From positions 1 through 64,000 of IMG/VR virus record IMGVR_UViG_3300032883_000188: 64,000 bases of DNA; one strand, given 5' to 3'. Source of the stretch: a virus. This document shows, piece after piece, positions 48,472-57,582 of this stretch (positions within the stretch are counted from its first letter, which is position 1; the number at the start of each line of letters is the position of its first letter). Below the pieces are notes generated by a model that ran no database searches, was not told the origin of the DNA, and saw nothing but the letters and a program-made list of their open reading frames with translations. A program made the translations under genes and the position numbers.

Positions 48472-50298
48472 TTAGTCTTTCTTAGTACCCGCCCAAATAT
48501 CATTCTGAGGTGCAGGAATCTTTGTAGTAAATGGTAAACCCATTCTTACAATTTTTTCTTCGCCCTTAGCGGGTTGCTTTACGGCGAAATCGTACACTTT
48601 AGCCTTGCACTCGTTTTTCCAAGCGTCAATCTCAGCATAGGAGAATTTTTCAGCACTTGCGCGCATTTCAGCCATGGTCTCATCAGGAATAACGACTTTT
48701 TCAGCCATTTCCTTTAAGCACATTTCGACTTCTTCTTTCTTTTGATTGGCTTCGGCATCTGCCTTGTACTTCCTGAGTTGCGCCATTTCCTCTTCTTGCT
48801 TTGCGAACTTGGCGCTCAACTTGCACATCTTGGCATACATTGCGGACATGATGCTGGCAGGATTGCAGTATTCTTTAGCCATTTCTTCCTTGGCTTCGGC
48901 ATACTTGGCAACCATTTCCGCGTTATCATCCGTCTCTGCTTCCAAATAGGCAAGCATAGCCGCAACATCCAGATAAGCATCCAAAGACATGCGCTTCATG
49001 GATGGCTTATCTTTCATTTCATCACCATCCGGTTCAGCTTCCATCTTCTCTTCCTTATCTTCTTTCTTTTCTTCCTCAGGAGATTCGGTTTTTTCTTCCT
49101 CGGGGTCTTCTCCCTTCTCTTCGGGAGCGGCGGCTTCCAGTTTCTCTTCTTCCGCCATTTCTTCCTTTGGTTTTACTTCTTCCGCCATCTCTTCTTTTTC
49201 CTTATCGGACATACTTTCCTCCTTGTTTTTCTTTACCCACTTGCCATCTACAACTTTGTGAGTTTTCTTAAAGCTAGAAATGGCAACAGCCCATCCGTTT
49301 ACCTTGTCGGTTGTGCCAACGGCATCGGCTTGTTTTGCTATTTCATTGGCTTGCCCTAAAGTAATCGGAGGGGTAATACCCTTTAAAGCAGGGTTAATTT
49401 CACTTACATTTTTATAGGGCATTGTAAGTAATCCTCCTTCGCCAAAGTAGCTTTGGCTAGAATCAATTTTTTCAATGGCATCAAAAATATCCTTGCTCCA
49501 CAACGCGCCTTCCTTGCCGCCAAAAAAGTTGACACGAGTATCAACTGGCTTGCTAAAGAATTTAACCATCTGGCGCACAATTGTAGGAGTTACTTTTTCA
49601 TTTGTTGCCAGATATTCAGCCATTGCCAAAGAAACAGATGTTGCTTTTATGCTATTACTGTGATGTAATTCCAAAGCCATCTGCACGTTTTTCTTCACAT
49701 CCTCGGGAATAGCAAAGTCAATGCCTTCATATTTTGCAAATTCCTTATTATAGGCATCTTTGTATTCCTTAGAGAATTGAAGAACGGTAGCCTTTGCCAT
49801 GGGAATGGCGGGAGTTACGAACGTACCCAATACCGTCACTGCTTCGAACCTGTAGTCTTTCAACTCGATAAGGTTACCCTGCATTTGGGCGGAATCCAGT
49901 ACATTCATTTCAACACTGACGGGTTTTTCCCCGTCCCTCTTGAAGAAATCCAAGAGTTTACCGCTGTATCTTTTCCAAACATAGGACAAGACACTCAGCA
50001 TGGTTCTACCATCGTCCATCTTTCTGCTCTTTATCTCTGTATCCTGAGGAATAAACCCGCATGGGGCTTCCTCAGGGTCATGTGTGCCTATATCATCCAA
50101 TATCGGGTCATACTTCCAAACAACCGGGCAATTTTTAATTGTATCGGCTGTTTTCAGTAATGTCTCTTCGGAAACATAAGTATCATGTTTGTTCTTTCCA
50201 GAGGCAAAGAAATCCAAGGAAAGAAGGGCAAAGCTAGAGTCCGGGTTTTCATTTACGAGTTCTGCATTGCTAATTGTAAAACTAAGTTTTTGGGTCAA
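48472..50298 (-). CDS. prohead protease-scaffold fusion
   Basis: H...G.IP...VWKRY...VSVEM...LG..V.PA; acidic coiled-coil C-terminus. Confidence 0.75.
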   Translation of the reverse strand: MTQKLSFTISNAELVNENPDSSFALLSLDFFASGKNKHDTYVSEETLLKTADTIKNCPVVWKYDPILDDIGTHDPEEAPCGFIPQDTEIKSRKMDDGRTMLSVLSYVWKRYSGKLLDFFKRDGEKPVSVEMNVLDSAQMQGNLIELKDYRFEAVTVLGTFVTPAIPMAKATVLQFSKEYKDAYNKEFAKYEGIDFAIPEDVKKNVQMALELHHSNSIKATSVSLAMAEYLATNEKVTPTIVRQMVKFFSKPVDTRVNFFGGKEGALWSKDIFDAIEKIDSSQSYFGEGGLLTMPYKNVSEINPALKGITPPITLGQANEIAKQADAVGTTDKVNGWAVAISSFKKTHKVVDGKWVKKNKEESMSDKEKEEMAEEVKPKEEMAEEEKLEAAAPEEKGEDPEEEKTESPEEEKKEDKEEKMEAEPDGDEMKDKPSMKRMSLDAYLDVAAMLAYLEAETDDNAEMVAKYAEAKEEMAKEYCNPASIMSAMYAKMCKLSAKFAKQEEEMAQLRKYKADAEANQKKEEVEMCLKEMAEKVVIPDETMAEMRASAEKFSYAEIDAWKNECKAKVYDFAVKQPAKGEEKIVRMGLPFTTKIPAPQNDIWAGTKKD

Positions 50299-50315
50299 TA
50301 GAATTACCTCCTTTC

Positions 50316-50513
50316 CTACAATATTTTTTCAGAAACAGAAATCCAAATAGGTACTTCTTCCAGTGCCTTTTCTAGCGCAGTTGTTTTAGCGAAGTACCAT
50401 ATGTTTCCCTCCCGGGCAAGCAGGGGAAGATTCTTATTATATATCAGAAATCTGGCAAGATGTTTTTTGCAAGCATATTTTTTAGGGATGGTCTCGGGGT
50501 TTGTTATATACAT
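50316..50513 (-). CDS. small hypothetical protein
   Basis: 65-aa ORF in the head module. Confidence 0.6.
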   Translation of the reverse strand: MYITNPETIPKKYACKKHLARFLIYNKNLPLLAREGNIWYFAKTTALEKALEEVPIWISVSEKIL

Positions 50514-50521
50514 ATTCTACC

Positions 50522-51007
50522 CTACTTTTGTCCGTCCCAAACCATGACCTTGAACCAATCTGTACCACAGATTTGAGCATGGTCGTTCCAATCCATTGCC
50601 TCTTCGTATTCAGCCTGTTGCAATAAAAGCATCTGGCGCATACGTTCTTCAACAACCGGATTGCCATCGTCTATCGCTTGCCTTTTAATTTCATCAAGGG
50701 AGGTCGTAGTGATTATCTCCCTTTCCAAATATGCGCTGGCGATATCGGTTACAAAACCGATGCGCAGGATAACTTCATCAACCCTGTGTAACATCACAGG
50801 TGCATTTAAATCCGTCAACAAATTATAAATAATCAGAGAGTGCCCGGTCTCTTCCTCGTGTTGCTGTTCAAAATGCTTGGCGAGATTATTGAAGCCCCTG
50901 TTTTTAAGGTCAGCGGCAATAAACAAATAGATATTCGCATTATATTTTTCTGCCGCTAATTGCTGACAGAGTGATGCGCATAGACCATCATTAATTAATT
51001 TTATCAT
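50522..51007 (-). CDS. ferritin
   Basis: E..NA.IY, HF..Q.EEE.GH, LERE, Q.E ferroxidase-centre pattern. Confidence 0.85.
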   Translation of the reverse strand: MIKLINDGLCASLCQQLAAEKYNANIYLFIAADLKNRGFNNLAKHFEQQHEEETGHSLIIYNLLTDLNAPVMLHRVDEVILRIGFVTDIASAYLEREIITTTSLDEIKRQAIDDGNPVVEERMRQMLLLQQAEYEEAMDWNDHAQICGTDWFKVMVWDGQK

Positions 51008-52689
51008 CTAGGCTTACCTCCTCTACTTACATTAGCACCTGTTGCCCTTGTTTGTGCGCCTTCTTCCCCCAATTTGGACGCTGGCTTTTTAGGTCTGCCA
51101 GCAGAACCGGCAGGTTCTTTTAGAGCTACAGGCGGCTTAACTCCCGCACCGCCCGGAGCGGGTGGTTTAGGCTGTGCTTTGATTACTGCAATCTGGTTGG
51201 CAACCATAGGAGGCGTAAGTTTCTTCATAAAGTCCTGTGCGGCGGCTTCTTCCATATGCCTTCTAAAATCAGCAGGTTTCATACCCAATGCGGCGGAAAT
51301 TTTCTGCGGCATTATAATACCCTTTTCGAACAGAGCCATTGCTTTTTCAAATCTTGAATCCCTGTCCAAGAAGAAGTCCGTACCTTCAAACGCTAGTCTG
51401 AATTTGAATGTCTTTGTCAGTTTGCCAATAAAGTAGTTCATAAAATCTTCGAACTGTGGATACAGCCCTTCCATCATCTGTTCATCAACGTTCAGGCTCA
51501 ACTGCGTTTCGATTGCATTTGGCTTGACATTGCTGGTAAAGATAAGGTTGGTGTTAACACCGCTTAAAGCATAAACAGTCCTAGAAAAACTGTCATACAT
51601 GTTTACTTCTGTATCAAAACTTATACCTTTCATATTGGTAAGAGGCGCAGATGCAACCTTGATTGCTTCGGAGATGGCGCTTTTCACCAGCGACATGAAC
51701 TTGCCTAGCAAGTCAGGGCTGATGGCAATGCTGTCCTTTACAGTAGCCTTGGCAGTTTTGTCAAGCATGGGTACTTCACCCATAATCAACTTGCTTGCCG
51801 CCGCCATATTCATGTTCTTTTGCAGATTACGCATAAGCGGTTGCAAAATTAAATCATTGAACAAAGGACTGAAATAAGGCAGTCTTGTAGCCAGTTCAGG
51901 TGTCAGCTTAAAGCAAACACCAAGCGTGGTTGGTACATCCACCCAATAAATCCAAGTAGACCTGCTTCTTGCTTCGGGTGGCAGGGATGGATTATAAGTT
52001 CTGGTTGGGTCTCCATCACCCCATAATTCTTTGTATTTCTTTGTAAAGAATGGGGGGTACATATCAAGAGAAACGCCCGGTTGCAAGAACCAATACATAT
52101 TAAAGCTGAACAGGAAACCGCCTTCCCACCTGCCTGTTATTTTACAGTATTCGGAAGGAAGTTCTTGTAGCACATACTGGTTACCAGTATCCATAAAACA
52201 CGCAAAGAATGCGTCATTTCTTAACATCTCTTTTACAGCTAAACGGAGTTCTTTTTTATATTCGAACTTTTCCAGAAAACTCTCTACAGCTTTAAGGTCT
52301 TTCTTGTATTTTGGAGTATCATAATCATCTGGTTCTGCGTTGGCTGTATAAGTCACATCGAAAGCCAGCATGTCTGCCAGATAAGAAATCAACTTCTTAT
52401 AAATCATGGAACTGAGTTCAAAATTCTGTGAGAATTCTTGCAGTTCCTTTTCACTTGATTTTGGACTTGTCAGAGCCTTGTCCAACATGGCTTGTGTTGC
52501 CGCCATCGGATTAAGCGTAATATCCTGCATACGTGCAGAAACCAAATCAGGTGTCAAGATAGTTGCGCCGTAAATGCCGCCGCTGTAACTTCTTGCATAT
52601 TCGATAATACTCCAAACTTGCTCTTCGCTAAGGAGGGGCTTGTCTTCAACGGGAGCAACTTTTGTTTTATTGTTAGTTCCTTTTGCCAT
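51004..52689 (-). CDS. portal protein
   Basis: 561 aa directly after TerL; low-complexity C-terminus with GRP. Confidence 0.8.
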   Translation of the reverse strand: MAKGTNNKTKVAPVEDKPLLSEEQVWSIIEYARSYSGGIYGATILTPDLVSARMQDITLNPMAATQAMLDKALTSPKSSEKELQEFSQNFELSSMIYKKLISYLADMLAFDVTYTANAEPDDYDTPKYKKDLKAVESFLEKFEYKKELRLAVKEMLRNDAFFACFMDTGNQYVLQELPSEYCKITGRWEGGFLFSFNMYWFLQPGVSLDMYPPFFTKKYKELWGDGDPTRTYNPSLPPEARSRSTWIYWVDVPTTLGVCFKLTPELATRLPYFSPLFNDLILQPLMRNLQKNMNMAAASKLIMGEVPMLDKTAKATVKDSIAISPDLLGKFMSLVKSAISEAIKVASAPLTNMKGISFDTEVNMYDSFSRTVYALSGVNTNLIFTSNVKPNAIETQLSLNVDEQMMEGLYPQFEDFMNYFIGKLTKTFKFRLAFEGTDFFLDRDSRFEKAMALFEKGIIMPQKISAALGMKPADFRRHMEEAAAQDFMKKLTPPMVANQIAVIKAQPKPPAPGGAGVKPPVALKEPAGSAGRPKKPASKLGEEGAQTRATGANVSRGGKPR

Positions 52690-52703
52690 TTATCCTCCTT
52701 TGC

Positions 52704-54533
52704 TTAGTATACTCTCGCAAATTCGAGAAATTCTTTTTCACTGTCACCATCGTATTTTTCCTTTAGAAGTTCAATATCCATTAATGAAACATAGTAATTC
52801 AGATAGCTACAAGAAGTATATCTATCTTTTCTTGCGCCTTCTGGTTCTATTAATTTTATTAAACCGTTGACCATTGTCATTTCAAGAGATATGGATTCGT
52901 TTATTAACAGGCTTGTTTGTAAATTTGCCTGTAGTAAATAAGCACGCATAGCCATGTCTTCGTCTTGGTCTAGAATATCCTTGTTACCGGACTTTATTAA
53001 AAATTCTTCCTCGGAGTTATCGTCAACCAAGAAGCTGACCAACTTCTTCTTGAGCCTTTCCTTGAACTTTACTGCAATAAGCGAGTTTAAACCCGCATTT
53101 GCATAGATTGGAAAGATACAACCGAGAGCATCCTGTCCAAGTGTTCTGCTAATCAATTCTTCGTAAACTTTATCATCCACGTTTTCAGAATTCATTACGG
53201 TATAAGCAGGATATTCAACCCCGCGCACTTCATCTTTGGTAACAGAAGAAAGCGCATCAAAGACGCTGATACCTGCGTTAGCAATATCCAGTACAAGAAC
53301 ATCCCCTTGAAACTCCTGATATATCTGTTTTACCCTTAGTGCCTGAGAGTTTGTATTTTTACCATTATGGGATTCCAAATAAACTATTTCTGTAATCCAA
53401 CCTTTTTTACTCGGTAGAAGTCTTGCACAAGTAATAATCGTATTATCGTTCGTAGCACCCGCACGCATAGCCACATCCACGGATACAAGACGCATCTCAT
53501 CGGATAATTTAATAATGTCATACGGGTTTTTTCTGGTCTCTATATAAGTTTCATCCTTTATGGGACGCCATGCCCTTTTAATGTTGCGATTAAAAAGACC
53601 AAGCTTGTAAAAAGATGTTGTAGATGAGCCATATGGGATATTCCCATATTCCATCAAGAATGTGATAGGGTCTAAGTTTTCCTTTTCGCTTATCATCTGC
53701 TTCTTGGTTTTAATGCCGTGACGCAGTAAGATAAAGTAATCAAGGAAGATAGCCTTTACATCCGGGTCACCGTTTGCAATCTTTCTCAAGAATCTCTTTG
53801 TTTCAGCCCACCACTCGTATGACTTGTAGTGCGCGCTGGTGATGATTATTTCCTGTGGCTCTTCTTTAAGTTCTTCAATTTCAGCATATTCTGGTTTTTT
53901 CAAATAGGCTGGCTGTCTGGCGACCAAGAAAGGGCGGATAATAGAATCAATGATAATATTTGGAATCAAACGTCTTTCTTCCAAAACAGTAACATGGCTA
54001 CGGTGTCCACGACCACCCTCTGCGGATACCACCACGTTTATCTTTGAACCGTTGTGAAACGTCATTTCCCACTTGTTCTGGTTGGTGACGATATTTGTTG
54101 TTTCTCTCTGGATGTTCGGATGCTCATCATGGAGCATCTGGCATTTTTCAGAGATAATCAAACCTGCCTGTGCCTTTGTAGAGGACGCAAGTGCGACAAT
54201 CGTGCCCGGGTACAAAATGCATCTGGCAATTGAATAAACTCCAATCAGCCAAGATTTTGCACTGGCACGGGAAGCAATTCCTATAAACTCGGTAGAGCGC
54301 GCAATCATGTTAATCCAAAAACGCTGATATGGATAAAGAGTAACCCCCATATAATGTTCCACGAAATAACTTGGGTTCTTGCGATAAAAGGTTATCCAAG
54401 ATTTGAGTCTTTCTTTTTTCTCTTTAGCTATTTCCACCTCGGTCAGCATTTGATTGACTTTTTGGTTTGCTCTTGTAAAAGGCTTCATTCCTTTCAAATA
54501 AGGAAACGGCTTTATTTGCGTTTTTTTGGACAT
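52704..54533 (-). CDS. terL: terminase large subunit
   Basis: LYPYQ, ASRASAKS, GRGHR...LEE, VDVAM, LD..NAG, KDRY. Confidence 0.9.
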   Translation of the reverse strand: MSKKTQIKPFPYLKGMKPFTRANQKVNQMLTEVEIAKEKKERLKSWITFYRKNPSYFVEHYMGVTLYPYQRFWINMIARSTEFIGIASRASAKSWLIGVYSIARCILYPGTIVALASSTKAQAGLIISEKCQMLHDEHPNIQRETTNIVTNQNKWEMTFHNGSKINVVVSAEGGRGHRSHVTVLEERRLIPNIIIDSIIRPFLVARQPAYLKKPEYAEIEELKEEPQEIIITSAHYKSYEWWAETKRFLRKIANGDPDVKAIFLDYFILLRHGIKTKKQMISEKENLDPITFLMEYGNIPYGSSTTSFYKLGLFNRNIKRAWRPIKDETYIETRKNPYDIIKLSDEMRLVSVDVAMRAGATNDNTIITCARLLPSKKGWITEIVYLESHNGKNTNSQALRVKQIYQEFQGDVLVLDIANAGISVFDALSSVTKDEVRGVEYPAYTVMNSENVDDKVYEELISRTLGQDALGCIFPIYANAGLNSLIAVKFKERLKKKLVSFLVDDNSEEEFLIKSGNKDILDQDEDMAMRAYLLQANLQTSLLINESISLEMTMVNGLIKLIEPEGARKDRYTSCSYLNYYVSLMDIELLKEKYDGDSEKEFLEFARVY

Positions 54534-54543
54534 GCTTGCTCCT

Positions 54544-55542
54544 CTAGTCTAGTTCACCATCCTTAATTAAATCATTGTCCATCCTTGTAGCGGTTTCAAC
54601 CAATTCATCATCAACCTCTTCTGAATCATCGATATTGAAGTCCTTGCTACCTGTTATGGCATTTTTTAATGGACGAACTATGAACTTTTGAAAATACTCT
54701 TCCGTATTGCCGACATCCCTGTATATATCCCCGCGCGGGTCTGTTTTCAACCATTGTGCAGGTTCACTGCGTTCGATATCTGCTATCCATAAACCAAAAG
54801 CATCTCCGCCCTGCGCTCCCCCCGTTGCTTTTGTGTTAGGGGAAACAGCCAGAGTTTTCATCAATGTCTGTAGTTCTTTTATAAGGTCGCTCGTATCGTG
54901 GTCGGCTTTTCTTTCATCTTCTATTTTAAGAAGAGTATAACATACCTGTTTTAATAAAACTATTTCAGCATATGTTTCTGCTTTATGGGTTTGCTTGAAA
55001 TTAGCATATTGCATTTCCAAGAATGGTATTTTTTCTCTGCTTATACTATCACCCCAAAACTCAAGTACGTCTTGAGGAATAGGTGTTTCCTTGGTATTAA
55101 TTGCTTTGTCGGTAAAAATAGTACCCACATCCTCATAGGTATTATCTTCCATGGCACTCTTGTCCATGCTTTTATTGGTAGCAATAAGCTTCTGCCTGTA
55201 AATTCCGAAAATCGAAGTTACATTCTTGCCTCCCTGTATAAGCGTATTGATATGCGCTTTGGTGGCATCCATGGCTTCATTCGAAAACTTTACATTCAAA
55301 GACATGCACATCTTGTGCACGGTCTTTTCCATGCTTTGATTTTGTGCAAAGAGTTCATCATATATCTTTTGTATGCATTCTTTACATACACTAAATAAAC
55401 CGTTGGCGTCTATAAAACCTTTATCGTTACATTCGTGAAAGTCTTTTGCCGGAAGGCTTTTCATACACTTGCGACAATAACTTAAGGTTACCGTCTGTCC
55501 CGTCTTGGTAGTGACCGCCTCGGGTGGTTTGATAATTGGCAT
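54544..55542 (-). CDS. Zn-finger protein upstream of TerL (terminase small subunit candidate)
   Basis: CRKC...CKEC; GGAGG RBS before MPIIK. Confidence 0.6.
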   Translation of the reverse strand: MPIIKPPEAVTTKTGQTVTLSYCRKCMKSLPAKDFHECNDKGFIDANGLFSVCKECIQKIYDELFAQNQSMEKTVHKMCMSLNVKFSNEAMDATKAHINTLIQGGKNVTSIFGIYRQKLIATNKSMDKSAMEDNTYEDVGTIFTDKAINTKETPIPQDVLEFWGDSISREKIPFLEMQYANFKQTHKAETYAEIVLLKQVCYTLLKIEDERKADHDTSDLIKELQTLMKTLAVSPNTKATGGAQGGDAFGLWIADIERSEPAQWLKTDPRGDIYRDVGNTEEYFQKFIVRPLKNAITGSKDFNIDDSEEVDDELVETATRMDNDLIKDGELD

Positions 55543-55618
55543 TTTTTCCTCCACGAAATAAAATTCGTATTTTAAATGCTTAGGGGAGAATTGAACTCCC
55601 CCAAACACCAGTTAAGCA

Positions 55619-56335
55619 TTAAATTTTTCTAAACATTCCCAAGAATGCGGCAAAACAACCGTTTGGTTTAGGAGGTTGTGGAACGCCATTAACCTTTTCC
55701 ACAGCCGCCAGTGCTTCACCGCCATATCTGAATAAAACTGAAAATTCTGAAATCGGTATGTAGGCTCTGCCCATTATACCCCATTCATTGCCCCAAGAGT
55801 TCTGAATACCGAATAAGGCGTCATCTTTGACCTCGTTAATAAGGTAAGCGTGCCCTCCGGCAACATCCCCTGTTGGGTGAATTACGTTTTCGGAATCCGG
55901 GGTGAACATATCATTTGTCCAATCCGTACCAATAATCAGTGGGCCTTTGTTCACCAGCCAGTATTTAATTTCATTGACAGAGGAGGCAAATGCATAAGCA
56001 TCAATCATGCCTTCCTGCCTGAGTACAGTTGCCGCAGAACGAACGGTTGAACCATTTTCCTGCTCGGGTTCGCCATCCACAATCTTGCATTTGTAATAGA
56101 AACTGTGTCCGTTCGCATTTGTAAAAGCATCCTGTACAGGAAAGCAAATGCCCCAATCTGCCATGGAAAATCCAACACAGTGTCCGGTGTCACCTTGGTT
56201 CAATGTAGGGAGCGCAAACTCCCAACGTGTATCAGGTGCAACAAAAGCATTCGCGCCTTTTCTCGGCATGAATGCTGAAAGGGAATAATCCCTTGCATCG
56301 AACTTGGAGCGATTTCTACCTAAAGGATATATCAT
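55619..56335 (-). CDS. papain-like (C1A) cysteine peptidase
   Basis: NQG.TGHCVGFS, GGHA, QNSWG..WG..G. Confidence 0.9.
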   Translation of the reverse strand: MIYPLGRNRSKFDARDYSLSAFMPRKGANAFVAPDTRWEFALPTLNQGDTGHCVGFSMADWGICFPVQDAFTNANGHSFYYKCKIVDGEPEQENGSTVRSAATVLRQEGMIDAYAFASSVNEIKYWLVNKGPLIIGTDWTNDMFTPDSENVIHPTGDVAGGHAYLINEVKDDALFGIQNSWGNEWGIMGRAYIPISEFSVLFRYGGEALAAVEKVNGVPQPPKPNGCFAAFLGMFRKI

Positions 56336-56385
56336 AAACTGCCTCCTGCTTTGGGGGAGGAATTAACCTCCCCCTTATATATTGT

Positions 56386-57042
56386 TTAGATAACCACAAA
56401 GTACAAATCAACGAATTTTACGCCGTTGAGAGTACCAGCAGGTGTATAAAGGCTGGTAGGAAGAGTACCGCTAGTTGCAACTGTACCTGCATCTACTGCG
56501 CCATCGAAGTTCTTAACAAGTACCTGTCCTGTATTATAAACAAGAACAGGTAGACCAATCTGGTCATGCACACCAATGGATACGGTGTCTGTACCGCCAT
56601 GTGTTTCAGGTGGTACATGAATGTTAGTAACAGTCTTGAAGGCTTTTACACCATCAATCTCACTAGCACCGCTTAAAGCGATTGTGTCTGTAATAGCCGC
56701 ACCATTAAAATCAGTACCACTAATTACAACGTTACCAGAGCATCCACCCGCATTAGCCTTAGCGCTAACAATACGGGGTACATCCGGGTTAGTGATACCT
56801 GTGGTAATGTCCTGTCCACCACCAGCGGCAGTCAGCGGAATAGCGGCATGTACATAAACAGCAGTACCCAAAACAGGTGCAGTTCTATATTTAACTACAG
56901 ATGCAGGTGCTATGCTTCCCGCGGCGGGGCTGGCAACACCGCCATATTCCAAACTATCAATACGAGTACCTAAAGTACCCTTTTGTGCGGCTTTATTCAT
57001 ATTGTTTAACTGTGTCTTTTGCTTAGTTGTTAATCTTGCCAT
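56386..57042 (-). CDS. putative virion structural protein
   Basis: G/A/T/V-rich; AAGGAG RBS before MARLTT. Confidence 0.65.
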   Translation of the reverse strand: MARLTTKQKTQLNNMNKAAQKGTLGTRIDSLEYGGVASPAAGSIAPASVVKYRTAPVLGTAVYVHAAIPLTAAGGGQDITTGITNPDVPRIVSAKANAGGCSGNVVISGTDFNGAAITDTIALSGASEIDGVKAFKTVTNIHVPPETHGGTDTVSIGVHDQIGLPVLVYNTGQVLVKNFDGAVDAGTVATSGTLPTSLYTPAGTLNGVKFVDLYFVVI

Positions 57043-57140
57043 TATAAATCTCCTTTTATTAGCCATGTATTTTACGGGGCACGCCCCCGTGATAACGACA
57101 TAGCGCAAGGCGGCTACAGCTTGCACTCAAATCCGATAGC

Positions 57141-57168
57141 AAAAACCCCTGAATTAATCAGGGGTTTT
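57141..57168. terminator. bidirectional terminator
   Basis: AAAAACCCCTGA-loop-TCAGGGGTTTT. Confidence 0.8.
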
Positions 57169-57170
57169 AG

Positions 57171-57243
57171 AGCCTCCAGATGGGCATTGAACCATCATCC
57201 TCCGCTTACAGGGCGGTAGCATCTCCGTTTATGCTTTGAAGGC
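57171..57243 (-). tRNA. tRNA-Thr(TGT), atypical
   Basis: GCCTTCA/TGGAGGC acceptor stem, loop CC-TGT-AA, 8-nt T loop. Confidence 0.65.
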
Positions 57244-57254
57244 AGATGCAAGGA

Positions 57255-57437
57255 TTAATCACAATCCTTGCAATTTATTTCTGTAACATGTCTGCTTACG
57301 ACAAAGACAATGTTTTTCCAATGTGCCTTTGTTCTGGCAGGTAGCTCTTCCCATTTTGCCACATCATCGTTGTTTATTCCAACATGGGCTTCATAGGCTT
57401 TTTGAGCCAATTTGTTTATTTCATCTTCTTCTAACAT
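57255..57437 (-). CDS. small hypothetical protein
   Basis: AGGAGG RBS before MLEEDE. Confidence 0.6.
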   Translation of the reverse strand: MLEEDEINKLAQKAYEAHVGINNDDVAKWEELPARTKAHWKNIVFVVSRHVTEINCKDCD

Positions 57438-57582
57438 TTTCCTCCTTTTGGTAGAGTAAACGGGCGGGGAGGGGTTCTGCGCCAATTAGTCTATCTAAAA
57501 ACTGCCACCCCGAATAAACGGAATAAACAACTAATAAATAGGATTCCCACTTTGTAAGCTGGCGAGGCTTGCCCGACTACGC

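Noticed and set aside
57171-57243. Reading this tRNA as Tyr(GTA)
   Set aside because: The anticodon stem only pairs in the register that gives TGT, and the variable arm is short
57449-57582. tmRNA/tRNA-like 3' end (..CTCTACCA) on the - strand
   Set aside because: No T-loop consensus or matching 5' acceptor strand found
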